NCBI RefSeq assembly: GCF_963921235.1
Contig: NC_086108.1
Location: 37,078,001 to 37,142,000, forward strand
Length of the DNA: 64,000 nucleotides
Origin: Mobula hypostoma
Taxonomy: Eukaryota
Direction of reading: 5' to 3'
The position numbers and the translations under genes are program-made. Below are positions 34,180 through 48,000 of the stretch, piece after piece. Every line of letters starts with the position of its first letter. The first letter of the stretch is position 1. The notes under the pieces are model-generated. The model worked only from the letters and a program-made list of their open reading frames with translations. It did not search any database and had not been told where the DNA came from.

Positions 34180-36302
34180 GCAACAGGATGGAGCATCAAC
34201 CTGCCACCACCCATCACGAAACTCATCCCAGACTTATGGTAGGTCTACATAAATCCATGCTTACATGGAAGAAACGTCACTAACTCCCACAGCCCTGATG
34301 AGACTGAGATTTTAGTCTCCGAGCCAGACATGAAAGCGTCCTTCAGGTGGGTGAACGCAGAAAGCATCCAGCCCAGATCGGTTATCTCGCTGATTACCAA
34401 AGGTCTGAGCTGATCAACTGGCTGGAGTGTTCACCAGAATGTTTAACGTCTCACTTCAGCAATCTGAAGTGCGCTCTTGCTTCAAGCAGGCTTCAATTAT
34501 GCTGGTGCCAAAGAAGAACATGGCAGCCTGCCTCAACGACTGTCGTGCAGTCGTACTTGCATCCAATGTGATGAAGTGCGTTGACTGGTTGGTGATGAAA
34601 CATATCAACTCCTACCTGACAGGCCACTTGGATTTACTCTAATTTGCCTATTGGCACAACATGTCCATAGCAGATGCCATTTCCATGGCTCTTCGCTCAA
34701 CCCTGGAACATCTGGACAGCAAAGATGAATACATCAGGATGCTCTTTATGGACTACAGGCCGGCATTAAATACCATGAAACCCTCAAAACTAATCAATAA
34801 GCTTCAAGATCTTGGCCTCAACACCTCCCTGTGCAATTAGATCCTCGATTTCCTCACTTGCAGACCCCAGGCATTATGGATTGGCAACATCATCTCCTCC
34901 ACAACCTCCATCAATGACTATCACCCAATACCACTTACATGCACAGTGATGAATGTTTTAAGAGGTTGGTGATGAAACATATTAACTCCTGCCTGAAATG
35001 TGACTTCGATCCATTCCAATTTGCCTACTGGTGCAACAAGTCCTCAGCAGATGTCATCCCATTGGCTCTACACCGAAGCCTGGAATATCTGTTCAGCAAA
35101 GATGTATATATTAGAATTCTCTTTATCAATTACAGCTCAGCATTCAGTACCACCATCCCCTCAAATCTAATCAATAAGCTCCAAGACCTTGGCCTCAGTA
35201 CCTCCTTGTGAATTTGGATCCTGGATTTCTGGATTTCATCACTTGCAGACCCCAATCAGTTTGGATCAGCAACAACATTTCTTCTAAATCTCCATCAGCA
35301 CAGGAGCACCACAAGCTGATAAGCTTAGCTCCCTGCTCTACTCGCTTTACACATATGGCTGTGTACCTAAGCACAGCTCCAATGCCATATTTAAGTTTGC
35401 TGACAATACCACTGTCATTGGCTGAATCAAAGGTGTAGAAGAATCAGCATATAGGAGGGAGATTGAAAATCTGGCTGAGTGGTGCCACAACAACAGCCTC
35501 TCACTCAACGTCAGCAAGATCAAGGAGCTGATTATTAACTTCAGGAGGAAGAAACCGTATTCCTCATCAAGGGATCAGAGGTGGAGAGGGTAAGTACAAT
35601 TACAACAAAAACAAGGCAGCACCTCTACTTCCTTAGGAGTTTGCAAAGATTCAGCATGACATATAAAGGCTTGACCAACTTTTATAGACGTGTGGTGGAC
35701 AGTATATTAACTGGTTGCATCACAGCCTGGTATGGAACCGCCAATGCTCTTGAATGGAAAATCCAAGTAGTGGATATGGTTAAAGCCCTTCCCACCATTG
35801 AGCATGTCTACATGGAGCACTGTTATTGGAAATCAGCATCCATTATCAAGGACCCCACCACCCAGGCCATGCTCTCTTCTCACTGCTGCCATCAGGAAGA
35901 AGATACAGGAGCCTCAGGACCCACACCACCAGGTTCAGGAATAGTTATTACCCCTCAACTATCAGGCTCTTAAACCAGTGGTGATAACTTCACTCAACCC
36001 CACTTGGCCTCTCACAGATCTGTTTTCACAACCTATGGATTCACTTTCAAGGACTCTTCATCTCATGTTCTCGATATTTATTGTTTATTTAATTATAGTT
36101 ATTATTTCTCTTTTTTTCCTTCTTGATTTGCACATTTTATTGACTTTTGCATATTGGTTGTTCATCTGTCCTGTTAGGTGCAGTCTTTCATTGGTTCTAT
36201 TATGTTTCTTTAATTTACTGTGTATACCTGCTTGAAAATGCACCTCAGGGTTATATATAGGAACATATAAAGAACGTGCTTTGATAATAAATTTACTTTG
36301 AA
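34180..36302 (+). mobile_element. Rex1/Babar-type LINE with a duplicated RT segment
   Basis: CFKQASIMLVPKK, RLVMKHINSCL..DPFQFAY and HLYFLRSLQRF; tail gataataaatttactttgaa. Confidence 0.85.
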
Positions 36303-36426
36303 TTTTCTGAGGTTGGCTGAATTTCAGCAGTTCTCTTCAAAACCGTCAGGTTCTGCTACACAACTCACCCCAAGTCTCCTTAGAGGTGTCTTTGCAGAAC
36401 ACAGTTGTGTCTCTGTGTGCTCATGT

Positions 36427-36456
36427 ACACACACACATATCTATCTATCTATCTAT
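36427..36456. repeat. Compound (CA)n/(ATCT)n microsatellite
   Basis: acacacacacat followed by atctatctatctatctatc. Confidence 0.75.
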
Positions 36457-37859
36457 CGGGCTGTTGTATATATAGCGACATATAGCTGTTGTATAAAGTG
36501 TTTTTACCCTCCATTCATCATTGTGATTTGCCAGCAAAATTATCATTCTTATAAGCCAAATATCATGGTTCCTTTTGCTTCCCAGCTGATTTGCAATGAG
36601 CTTCTGCTTACATGAAAGGAGAAAACTAATATTATAAAAAATAAAAACAATCTTGCAAAAGTATGAAATGATGAGTTGAGACAAGTTAAAGCTATGTAAT
36701 TAGTTTATTTAACAGCATAAGCTAAAATTTCATTATTGCAAGTACTGAATCAAATTACTCCATTGTAATTCATTCCTTTAGTTTCAGAGAAGGAACATTA
36801 ATGTAATCCATAATATAACTTGAAGATACTAGTGAAAACCATCAGGCTGGTGAAAAATGAATACTGAAGATTAAAAAAATAGATGCAGATAATGCATTTT
36901 TCTGTAATTTATTGATAACAATAACTATTGAATCTGCATTTCTTCAATTTTAAATTCAGCCTGTCATCATATTGTGCATTGAAAAATTAACATTCAGGTT
37001 ATTGGACGTGAAGAATATATATATAGACTTCTGACTTCCTCAGCATTAATTCAAATTCATCTCAGAAATTGCATTGCATAGCAGCAGGTTTTTCATGTGC
37101 CATGTGATCTGGCATAAATAAAAATCTGAAATTTGTAAGTTGTGCTGATGTGTCTTCCATGTACCTGAGCCCAAATATGTGCTGTACAGCATCCAACCTA
37201 GATCTCTAATTTTATACTCCTTTTTTTCCCAGAGCTACTCATACAAAAATCAATCATCACACCATTGGGGAGATTGTATCAGGCCCTGGCATTGAGTGCC
37301 TGTCTGTTCAATTTAAATGCTGCCCTTCTGTTTCCAAATCCTTTCCAGCTAACCTCCACTGACTCCCTTTTTATCCCTGATTACTTACAGCTACTGATTT
37401 CTGAACCCACTGATCACTGACCCCTGATGCCCCCTTTATGACTCCAAATTCTTTCCAATTACTCAAGACTGAAACCTTCTGATCTTTGAACACCTCAACC
37501 TATTGATCCTCCTTTCTCATCCCAGCTTTGTCTGACAGCCTGTCCCCTTTCCAGCCCTTTACCTCCTCTGACTGTTGTCTGCCAACCCCTTACCAATCTC
37601 CAATCCGCTTCATCCATCCCTGGGCTCCTCTGCCCCTCATTTCCCAAGTCTGTCTGCTGTTGAATTTTGCCCTGATAGCTCTGAAAGAAACTGTTCTCTG
37701 GCCCCAGACTCACAGTCAATACAGTATGCCATTAACAGTACCACTCAGGATGTCATGTTCTTTAGTTTGTGGAAAGCTTTTTAAGTAAAGTGAACCAGTT
37801 ACATTAGACTTTGATCTAAATGAGGGAAATTGTTATGACAACACTTTTTCTTGTGTATT

Positions 37860-38150
37860 CATTTTTTAGATCTGCCAACAAGCCAACAATTAATACCCAG
37901 TCATAAATGCCTTTGAAAGGTTGGTAATAAGCCACCTTTTTACGCCACTGCTTTTTTGTGGTGAAAGCATTCTATAGTACTGTTGTACAGGGAGTTCCAG
38001 GAGTTAGATACAGTCATGATGAAAGATGGCTGACTTCCAAGTCTCAATGGTGTATGACTTGGAGGGAGTCTGCAAATGGTGATGATCATATGTCCCTGAT
38101 ACCCTTGTCCTTCTTGAGGGCAGTGGACAGGAACTTGGGAGGTGCTGATA
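37860..38150 (-). mobile_element. Old CR1-like LINE 3' fragment
   Basis: Same family as 15480-15860. Confidence 0.5.
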
Positions 38151-38496
38151 ACTAGAGCCCTTAAATCAGAATTTACACATTATTGTGTAGAGTGGTGCTG
38201 GTGTTTCTATACTGAGTGATTAAGTTTGTAAAGATTGGTTCAAGAACTGATTGATTGAAGGGACGTAGTTGTCCTTGATGCTGGGACTTCAGGCTTCTGT
38301 ACCTGCTGTTCAGTGGCGGAGATGTGCACAGATAAAATAAAAAGCATCTACTATAAAAATAGGTAGATTAGTTTACTATTATCATATGTGACAATAAATA
38401 CAGTGAAAAAACTTTGTTTTGCATGCCATGCAAACAAATCATTCCAAACATAAATACATCACAATAGTTCAAGGAAAATATAACTGAGTCCAGAAT

Positions 38497-38785
38497 ACTT
38501 CACTCAACTTCACGTGCCCCATTAGTGAAATGCTCCTACAACCTATGGACTAACTTTCAAGGACTCTTCATCTCATGTTCTCGATATTTACTGCTTACGT
38601 ATTTATCATTATTATTATTTCTTTCTTTTTGTATTTGCAGTCGGTTGTCTTTTGCACACTGATTGAACACCCAGATTGGTGTGGTCTTTCATTGATTCTA
38701 TTATGGATTTATCGAGTATGCCTGCAAGAAAATAGTGACATGAATATACTTTGATAATAAATTTGATTTGAACTTTGAACTTTGA
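38497..38785 (+). mobile_element. Rex1/Babar-type 3' UTR/tail nested in an antisense tail fragment (38360-38955)
   Basis: Close match to 35987-36300; (ACTTTGA)n tail. Confidence 0.75.
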
Positions 38786-39439
38786 GTATAGTGTTACAGT
38801 CACAGACAAAATATAGTGAAGGTAGATCAATAAGACGCATTAAGGGCCAGGACAAGAGCAAGAATTCATGTATATTGTACAAGAGTTAATTTCAAGAATC
38901 ATAACAGCAGTATAGAAGCTGTCTTTCAGCCTGGTGGTATATGTTTTCAAGCTTATTTTGTAGAAATCATTTTAGGTTTATGGCCTTTTCATTCAACATG
39001 AAGCATCTGTAAACACATATATCGATAAGTAAACTGATATTTGAGAAGCTAATCTTTACATTTGCTCTTAGTTGCCCATTGGTTGTTCTGTGATACGACG
39101 AATGCATCATGCAAGCTTTTGAGCACATTGATTTGGCCACAAGTGTTTTTCTGCTGATGAACAGACACAATCAGATCAGTATGTTTATGGGACTGCAATG
39201 CTTATTATTTTGTACTCAGACACAAGGAGGAGAATTCTTCTGGTTTAAAGAGGAAGTAATCCTCCTGTTCCAAATGAGCTGAATTTATCAGCCTCAGTAC
39301 CTTGAATGATTCAGAAAGTCAAAAAAATAATAGTGCTGGTTTCTTCCATGGGCCCAAGTTTGCAATTACGCACACAGAAGGCGCAGAGTTAGATAACATT
39401 GGACTCAGAAAACAATATCCTCTAGGTACATTGCATTAT

Positions 39440-41580
39440 ATCATCAGAAAAAAAATCCAATAAATTACAACAGATAATTTTATTACATATAGCATTAAAT
39501 TAAATAAGAGAGCAAGGTATAAAGTACATAGTTCATGGGTTCATTGCCCATTCAGAAATCAAATTGTGAAGGGGAAGAAGCTGCTTCTGAAACATTGAGC
39601 GTGTGACTTCAGGCTCTTGTACCTCCTACCTGATGATAGCAATAAGAAGAGGGCATGAACTAGGTGATGGTCGTCCTTAAGAACAGATGCTGCCTGTCTG
39701 CAGCTTTTCCGATCCTGTGTGGTGGCCCTCCATACCAGATGGTGATGCAATCAGTTAGAATGATGTCCATGGTACATCTGTAGAAATTGCGAGTGTCTTT
39801 ATTGACATACCTAGTTTCCTTAAACTCTCGATGAAACATAACTGCTGTTGTGCTTTCTTTGTAATTTCATGAACATGTTGGACGCAGAATAGGTCTTCAG
39901 AGATTTTGATACCCAGAGACTTGACACTGCTGATCCTTCGATGAGTATAGTTATGTGTTTCCTCAACTTCCTCTTACTGAAGTCCACGATCAATTCTTAG
40001 GTCTTACTGACTTTGAGTGCAAGGTTGTTACTGCACCACTCAACCAGCTGATCTATCTCGCTCCTGTATACCTCCTCAACACCATCTGAAAATCTGCCAA
40101 CAGTAGTTGTGTCATCGGCAAATGTATACATGGTGTTTGAGCAGTGCCTAGACACAGTGTTGTGGGTGAAGAGAGAGTGGAGCAGTGGGTAAGCACGCAT
40201 CCTTGAAGTGTGTCGGTGAGTAGGAGATCTGCTTTTCTGATCCACACTTACTGTAGCCTCCCGATGAAGAAGTCAAGTATTCATTTGCAAAGGGAGGTAC
40301 AGAGGCCCAGGTCGTGGAGCTTGTTGATAAGAATAGAGGGTATGATTATGTTGAATGCTGAGCTGAAATCAATAAAGAACAGCCGGACATAAGTCCATTT
40401 GCTCTTGGCTGGGTGATTCAAGACCAAGTGGAGAGCCAGTGAGACTGGATTCACTGTAGACCTATTGTGGCGATATGCATATTGTAGCAGGTTCAGGACC
40501 TTCCTCAGGCAGAGGTGATTCCGGGCATGACCAACCTCTCAAAGCACTTCATCACAGTGGATCTGAGTGATAGTTGTTGAGGCAGCTCACATGCTGTTCT
40601 TATGAACAGATATGCTTGCTACCCTTTTGTAGCAAGTGGGAACCTTTGAATGCAGCAGTGAGATATTGATGATGTCCTTGAACACTCCTACCAGTTAGTT
40701 GGCACTGCTTTTCAGTGCCCTACCAGGTACATCCTCAGGGCCTGATGTCTCACAAGGGTTCACCTCTTGATTGATGTTCTGTCATTGGCTTCCGAGACAG
40801 AGATCACAGGGTCACCAGATGCTGCAGGGATTTGCATGGGTGAAATTTTATTCTTGCTTTCAAAAGTGTGCATAAAGGCATTGAGCTCACCTGGGAGTGA
40901 AGTATCACAGACACTCATGATGTTAGGTTTCACCTTGTACAAAGTAATGGCCTGCAAACCTTGCCAGAACTGATGTGCATCGGATTCCATCACCCCTGCA
41001 AGCTGGCCTGGATGAAATCCCCCACAAGGATAGGAAAGGCATCCGGGTGCGCTGTTTCATGACTGCTGATTACAGTGTTCAGCTCCTCCAGTGCTGGCCT
41101 GACATTGGCCTGAGGTGGAATATACACTGCTACCAATCAGATGGCGGAAAACTCCCTTAGCAGGTAAAATGGACGACATTTGATTGCTAGATGTTCCAGG
41201 TCAGATTAGCAGGATTGAGACAGAACTGCCATATCTGTGCTCCACGATGAGTTAATCGTAAAGTACACTGCAACTCTTCTGCCTTGAAAAGACTGAGCTC
41301 TCCTGTCTTTACACTTGGTCTGGAGGCCCTCCTGGTCAAACTCTTCTCTTCCTCCAGCTCCGACTTCCTTATCTTTGACCTCTTTTTTCTCCACTTTATC
41401 TTGAGCTGCGAGCCCAGTCGAAGCACAGCCAAAGCTCTCGTCATTTAGGGTTCAAGTGGTTTCTCAGTGGCTTCATCGAAGCAGTGCTCAGAAAACCCAG
41501 ATTTCTGCTGCTCTGAGATGCTGCATGTGTAAGTGACTCCTTGGCAAACTGGTGCCGATCCCAGGCACAGCTATATCCTT
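39440..41580 (-). mobile_element. Rex1/Babar-type LINE, internally deleted (AP endonuclease + RT)
   Basis: Minus 41330-41000 translates DLEHLAIKCRPFYL..VAVYIPPQAN..ILVGDF; RT YTFADDTTTVG..WCSNNLALKVSKT. Confidence 0.85.
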
Positions 41581-41585
41581 GCTTT

Positions 41586-41662
41586 AAACATGAGGAATTC
41601 TGCAGATGCTGGAAATCCAAAACAACACACACACACAAATGCTGGGGGAACTCAGCAGGTCA
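41586..41662 (-). mobile_element. Penelope-derived terminal fragment
   Basis: ttctgcagatgctggaaatccaaaacaacacac...gaactcagcaggtca. Confidence 0.7.
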
Positions 41663-42534
41663 CGTCCTTGCTTTCCTGTGAAAAGTCCATACTTGGTATT
41701 CATTGCAGCTTTGCTAATCAGTTTTCCATCAAAATCATCAATTGAGTGCTGGATGTGCAGAGGCAATCGACATTACCTCTTGTGTGCTTCAGGCGCATGC
41801 CTGTCACGTGCACAGAACACTACAATTGATAATCATATTGTGACAATACACGCCATGAAAAATCCAGTCACATAAGCGTAAAAACCATTGTGTTGGGCGC
41901 CTGAAATTCTTAAGCCTTTGTCATTTCATAATTTTTATTTGATAGTCAAAAAAATCCAAGTGCAATTGTCTGTAAGTGTTCAAAGGCTATGCATGTATGA
42001 GTGGAAATAGATTTTTTTTAATACACTGCAGAATTATTGAACTGATTTTGCCCTCAATGTGTGCTTTGACAATATTAGATTCATTAGTTTCTCAGTGTGA
42101 TTGTCATTTCATTTATGCAATGAACGACAGTACTGAAAAATATATGATTCATTTATCCAAAGCAATAAGTTAGAAAACATAGCGCTGCCAGAAGGGATCA
42201 ACATTCAATGGGATCTGCTAGCTAGAAATTTTGTTCATCATTATGGAATTAGTCTAGTAAGTACCAAGGGATTCTCAGTCAAGTGCGTTTTCTACATTTT
42301 TTCTCTCTGTTTTTTTCTAAATTATTAAACTGATGTACCTTTTAGTTATTCTCTCACTCTCAATTGCGACCTTGAGCAATATTGCACACACCACACAGAT
42401 TATTAAAATGATACTTCACATGCGTGTTTTAAAAGTGCATTCTCCCCTACTGTTTAATTCATTGGACTATGTGCTCTCATGTTTTATTTTACACTGAATA
42501 ACGTTCAAGGGAATAGAATCTAAATTGCATTATA

Positions 42535-42720
42535 GGATAGCATCCATCATTAAGGAACCGCATCACCCAGGACATGCCCTCTTCTCATTGCTACCATGAA
42601 GGAGGAGGTACACATACTCAACATTTCAGGATCAGCTTCTTGCTCTCTGCCATCAGATTTGTGAATGGATAATAAATCCATGAACACTACTTCACTTTCA
42701 TTTTCCTCGCTTTCTGCACA
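42535..42720 (+). mobile_element. Rex1/Babar-type 3' fragment
   Basis: gcatccatcattaagga...catgccctcttctcattgctacc, homologous to 35836-35900. Confidence 0.6.
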
Positions 42721-45054
42721 AATTGTCAAATCTGAGTCGGATCACACCCATGGCCAATGGCATCTAAGGGCTGTTTAAGAAGCTGTCAGCCCTTAATTTC
42801 TAAACATAACCCACAATATCCTACCACTGTATGAGCTATATAAGTGGGAAGGAATAATTATTCCTTTCCTTCCTTTACAGGAGTGATTCCAGTGCTTCCT
42901 CACCATGGTAACACTTATGTTGGTCTTTTGATGACAATCCCTACTGTTAAAGCTAATTAGGATGGTACCCTTCGGATATTAGAACATTTTGTTTCTGCAT
43001 ATGTCAATCCCCTTCAGATTCAATCCAGACTTGCCTAGACCAGTTCACGGTTTTTTGTATCCAAATGACTAGAAGACTCATGAGCCCACCGAGCAAGTGG
43101 TAATATTGGTATTTGAGGTTGAGGGCTAAATGTCACTGTGCCAACACAAACGAGTTTGTCAGCAATGTTGTCATTGATGAATCATCTTTCAAATAGGTGT
43201 CAACTTGTAAACTGTAATAATAATGTGCATTATGGTAGCCAATCAGCACGGTCCTGTGCTTCCCATGCTCTTTCATTTAAAATAGTGTTCTGAGAACTCA
43301 GAGGCCAACTTGCGCTGAAGTCGCTTGTCTTCCTCACCGAATTTAACTTTTCTTAGTATTCAACTTCTGCAATGCAGTCATAAAAATCAAACTTACCTGA
43401 GGCAGAGAAACCCTCTTAGAGGGAAAAGCTATGTACTTAAGGCACTATGATACTACACACAGAAGCTTAACATCAGGCAATTTAGTAAACTGTGTTCTCC
43501 CTACATCTGGGAGGTCCCCATTTACTCAGAACATTAGGCAGCGATCCAAAACCCTCAGAATTACCTGTCCATCCGGAGACTAGATAAGTCTCAGGTACGG
43601 TATCGCTCAATTCGCTTGTCCACTTCCACATTTTCCTGGACCCTGCTTGAGGCACCAAAGTGAAATGGGCTGGTTTGATCAAACCCAGCAATTAGAGAAT
43701 GCAGTAATAAGCGTACAAAACTAAGCAACTTATGCTTAATTTATTATCATAAAGTAGAAAGCACAAATAAACCTTGCAGAATACTACATAACAAGTCACA
43801 AAGATTTCTGGACTTATGATTCTTAGTCATGACTTAATTGTTGCTGTTGGGGGAACTTTGATTGATTTCAATTTGTGAAACCCTAGGCCCTAGGCATTAC
43901 TCACAATCTCAGTCCTTGGTGAAGTCTAAAGAAAATTCAAAACAACAGCTCAATATATCCACAGGATTCACAATTGCAGAGTAACCACGAGACAGACAAA
44001 CTCTTTGATCTTTTGTTTTCATGCCATTATCACAGCCTGTTTTCTTTATCAAACACATCATGTGTTCATTAACACAGCATTCAGCATACCCTTTTGAATC
44101 AATTAGACATTTTACTGCTCTCTTTGTTCATTAGTCTCCCAAATGTCTGGACACATAACATTCTTTAGGCTTTCAAAGTACATTAAAGCTGTATCCAGAC
44201 AGACATTCTACAGGCCTGCAGACCCCACATACCACAAGATCAGAAAGAGTTAAGATTGTCATTTTACCTGGCAGTTTCATTCATTGTTTGCATATCATGT
44301 ATGCTACAATTGCTGTCGCAGAGCAAATAAAAAAATCACGATATACTGTATGGCAAAGATATTAAACCTGATTTTGAAGCTGAATTAGTAACGCTATTAT
44401 TGCAGTGAATTGACTTCTCACAGCTGTGTGATAAGCCTTGCTACAATGAGCTGACTCTGCTGAGGTACGTTACCCATATATTTAAATTTCATATGTATAA
44501 TGTTGCCAATCTTCCCTTAACATTGTACTATTGTATAGCTTGTCCCTCATGAAACTAATATATCCTTAGATCCACATTAGCCTTTTATATACCTTTTGGT
44601 TTATGCCATAAAATCAATTGCACTCTTCATTCTATTTCATTTAATTTTATCTCCAAAAAAATAGAAATATGCAACGAAAGTTTCCAAGTACATATGCCTT
44701 TTGTAATCAATGATTATTTTGCTGTGAGTTTAAGACACTTATCGTAACTTCAGCACAAAAAAATGAATTAACTTTGGAGATTCACCCACAGCTGGCTATA
44801 TCATTGGATCAATTTTTTTTATGTTGATGATTTGAAACTTAATCAAAATTTATCTATTTCCTTCTACAGAATTAGTTCTGTGAATTAACGTTAACTGGTG
44901 ACAACTGATGACAACAAATTATTAAGAGAAGTTCTATGCAACTCTGTCATTAGTTGATGTGCGTGAAGGACAGTTTTACAAATTGAATAGTTAGGTTGAA
45001 CAAAGCATAAATTTTATTACACTGCTTTTTTAAGAAGTATTATTTACCTGTACA

Positions 45055-48000
45055 TGTGTTCTCAGAGAAATAGAAGACCTAGATGAGATAAAAATTGGAG
45101 GTGTTAACATCAACAATATAAGATATGCAGACGATACCACCCTAATAGCAAGTGCTGCAGAAGACCTACAAATCCTCCTAGACAAAGTAGTACAAACAAT
45201 TGTAGATTTTGGTCTGACCATCAACTGTAAAAAAACCAAATGTATGGTAATATCAAAACAGCAGGATACTCCCAATTGCCAATTGTACATCAGTAACCAA
45301 GAGATTGAATAAAAGATCAGCTTTAATTACCTCAGTAGCTTTATATAACAAGATGCTAGAAGTAAAGTAGAAATAAAAAGAAGAATTGCCATTACCAAAA
45401 CCAACTTCCAAAAAATGAAACCCATTTTTACCAACAGACACATTTCTATGACAACAAGGCTTAGGCTACTGAAAAGTTACATCTGGTCAATCTTGCTGTA
45501 TGCTTCCGAAACAGGGACTATAACACCAGAACTCCAAAGAAACTTAGAAGCAACAGAAATGTGCTTTCTTTGAAGAGTGCTGAAGAAATCATATAGAGAA
45601 AGGGTAAATAATGAGACAGTACTCCAATGTGCCCATACAAAAAGATCTTTAATGAATCCTAGGGGGACCAATATCCTGGCGGGGAGATTAGCGAGGGCTA
45701 CTGAGGTGACTTTAAACTAGAATGGTTGGGGGGTGGGAATCAAATTAAAGAGACTAGGAGAGAGGAGGTTAGTTCACAACAAGGGGATGGGAACAAGTGC
45801 AGAGAGACAGAGGGGTGTAAAATGAGGGTAGAAGCAAAAAATAGTAAGGTGAAAAGTAAAAGTGGCAGGCCGGCAAATCCAGGGCAAAAATCAAAAAGGG
45901 CCACTTTTCAACATAATTGTATAAGGGCTAAGAGTGTTGTAAAAGCCAGCCTGAAGGCTTTGTGTGTCAATGCAAGGAGCATTCGTAACAAGGTGGATGA
46001 ATTAAAAGTGCAGATTGTTATTAATGAATATGATATAGTTGGGATCACAGAGACATGGCTCCAGGGTGACCAGCGATGGGAGCTCAACATTCATGGATAT
46101 TCAATATTCAGGAGGGATAGACATGAAAGAAAAGGAGGTGGGATAGCATTGCTGGTTAGAGAGGAAATTAACGCAATAGAAAGGAAGGACATTAGCCGGG
46201 AGGATGTGGAATCGATATGGGTAGAGCTGCATAACACTAAGGGGCAGAAAACGCTGGTGGGAGTTGTGTACAGGCCACCTAACAGTAGTAGTGAGGTTGG
46301 GGATGGTTAGAAATTAGAAACAGGAAATTAGAAATGTGTGCAATAAAGGAACGGCAGTTATAATGGGTGACTTCAATCTACATATTGATTGGGTGAATCA
46401 AATTGGTAAGGGTGCTGAGGAAGAGGATTTCTTGGAATGTATGCGGGATGGTTTTTTTGGACCAACATGTCGAGGAACCATCTAGAGAGCAGGCTATTCT
46501 AGACTGGGTATTGAGCAATGAGGAAGGGTTAATTAGCAATCTTGTCGTGAGAGGCCCCTTGGGTAAGAGTGACCATAATAAAGTGGAATTCTTTATTAAG
46601 ATGGAGAGTGACATAGTTAATTCAGAAACAAAGGTTCTGAACTTAAAGAAGGGTAACTTTGAAGGTATGAGACATGAATTAGCTAAGATAGACTGGCAAA
46701 TGACACTTAAAGGGTTGACGGTGGATATGCAATGGCAAGCATTTAAAGATCGCATGGATGAACTACAACAATTGTTCATCCCAGTTTGGCAAAAGAATAA
46801 ATCAAGGAAGGTAGCACCCATGGCTGATAAGGGAAATTAGGGATAGTATCAATTCCAAAGAAGAAGCATACAAATTAGCCAGAAAAAGTGGCTCAACTGA
46901 GGACTGGGAGAAATTCAGAGTCCAGCAGAGGAGGACAAAGGGCTTAATTAGGAAGGGGAAAAAAGATTATGAGAGAAATCTGGCAAGGAACATAAAAACT
47001 GACTGTAAAAGCTTTTATAGATATGTGAAAAGAAAAAGATTGGTTACGACAAATGTAGGTCCGCTACAGACAGAAATAGGTGAATTGATTCTGGGGAGCA
47101 AGGACATGGCAGACCAATTGAATAACTACTTTGGTTCTGTCTTCACTAAGGAGGACATAAATAATCTTCCAGAAATAGTAGGGGACAGAGGGTCCAGTGA
47201 GATGGAGGAACTGAGGGAAATACATGTTAGTAAGGAAGTGGTGTTAGGTAAATTGAAGAGATTAAAGGCAGATAAATCCCCAGAGCCAGATGGTCTGCAT
47301 CCCAGAGTGCTTAAGGAAGTAGCCCAAGAAATAGTGGATGCATTAGTGATAATTTTTCAAAACTCTTTAGATTCTGGATTTGTTCCTGAGGATTGGAGGG
47401 TGGCTAGTGTAACCCCACTTTTTACAAAAGGAGGGAGAATGAAACCAGGGAATTATAAACCGGTTAGCCTGACATCGGTGGTGGGGAAAATTATAGAGTC
47501 AGTTATCAAAGATGTGATAACAGCACATTTGGAAAGCGGTGAAATCATCGGACAAAGTCGGCATGGATTTGTGAAAGGAAAATCATGTCTGACGAATCTC
47601 ATAGAATTTTTTGAGTATGTAACTAGTAGAGTGGATAGGGGAGAACCAGTGGATGTGGTATATTTGGATTTTCAAAAGGCTCTTGACAAGGTCCCAAACA
47701 GGAGATTAGTGTGCAAACTTAAAGCACATGGTATTGGGGGTAAGATATTGATATGGATAGAGAATTGGTTGGCAGACAGGAAGCAAAGAGTGGGAATAAA
47801 CGGGACCTTTTCAGGATGGCAGGCAATGACTAGTGGGGTACCGCAAGGCTCAGTGCTGGGACCCCAGTTGTTTACAATATATATTAATGACTTAGATGAG
47901 GGAACTAAATGCAGCATCTCCAAGTTTGTGGATGACATGAAGCTGGGCGGCAGTGTTAGCTGTGAGGAGGATGCTAAAAGGATGCAGGGTGACTTGGATA

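Noticed and set aside
37320..37690. CT-rich quasi-periodic tract
   Set aside because: Degenerate low-complexity sequence without a definable unit or function.
43397..43691. Minus-strand exon candidates with donors near 43397 and 43564
   Set aside because: Weak acceptor and no recognisable peptide.
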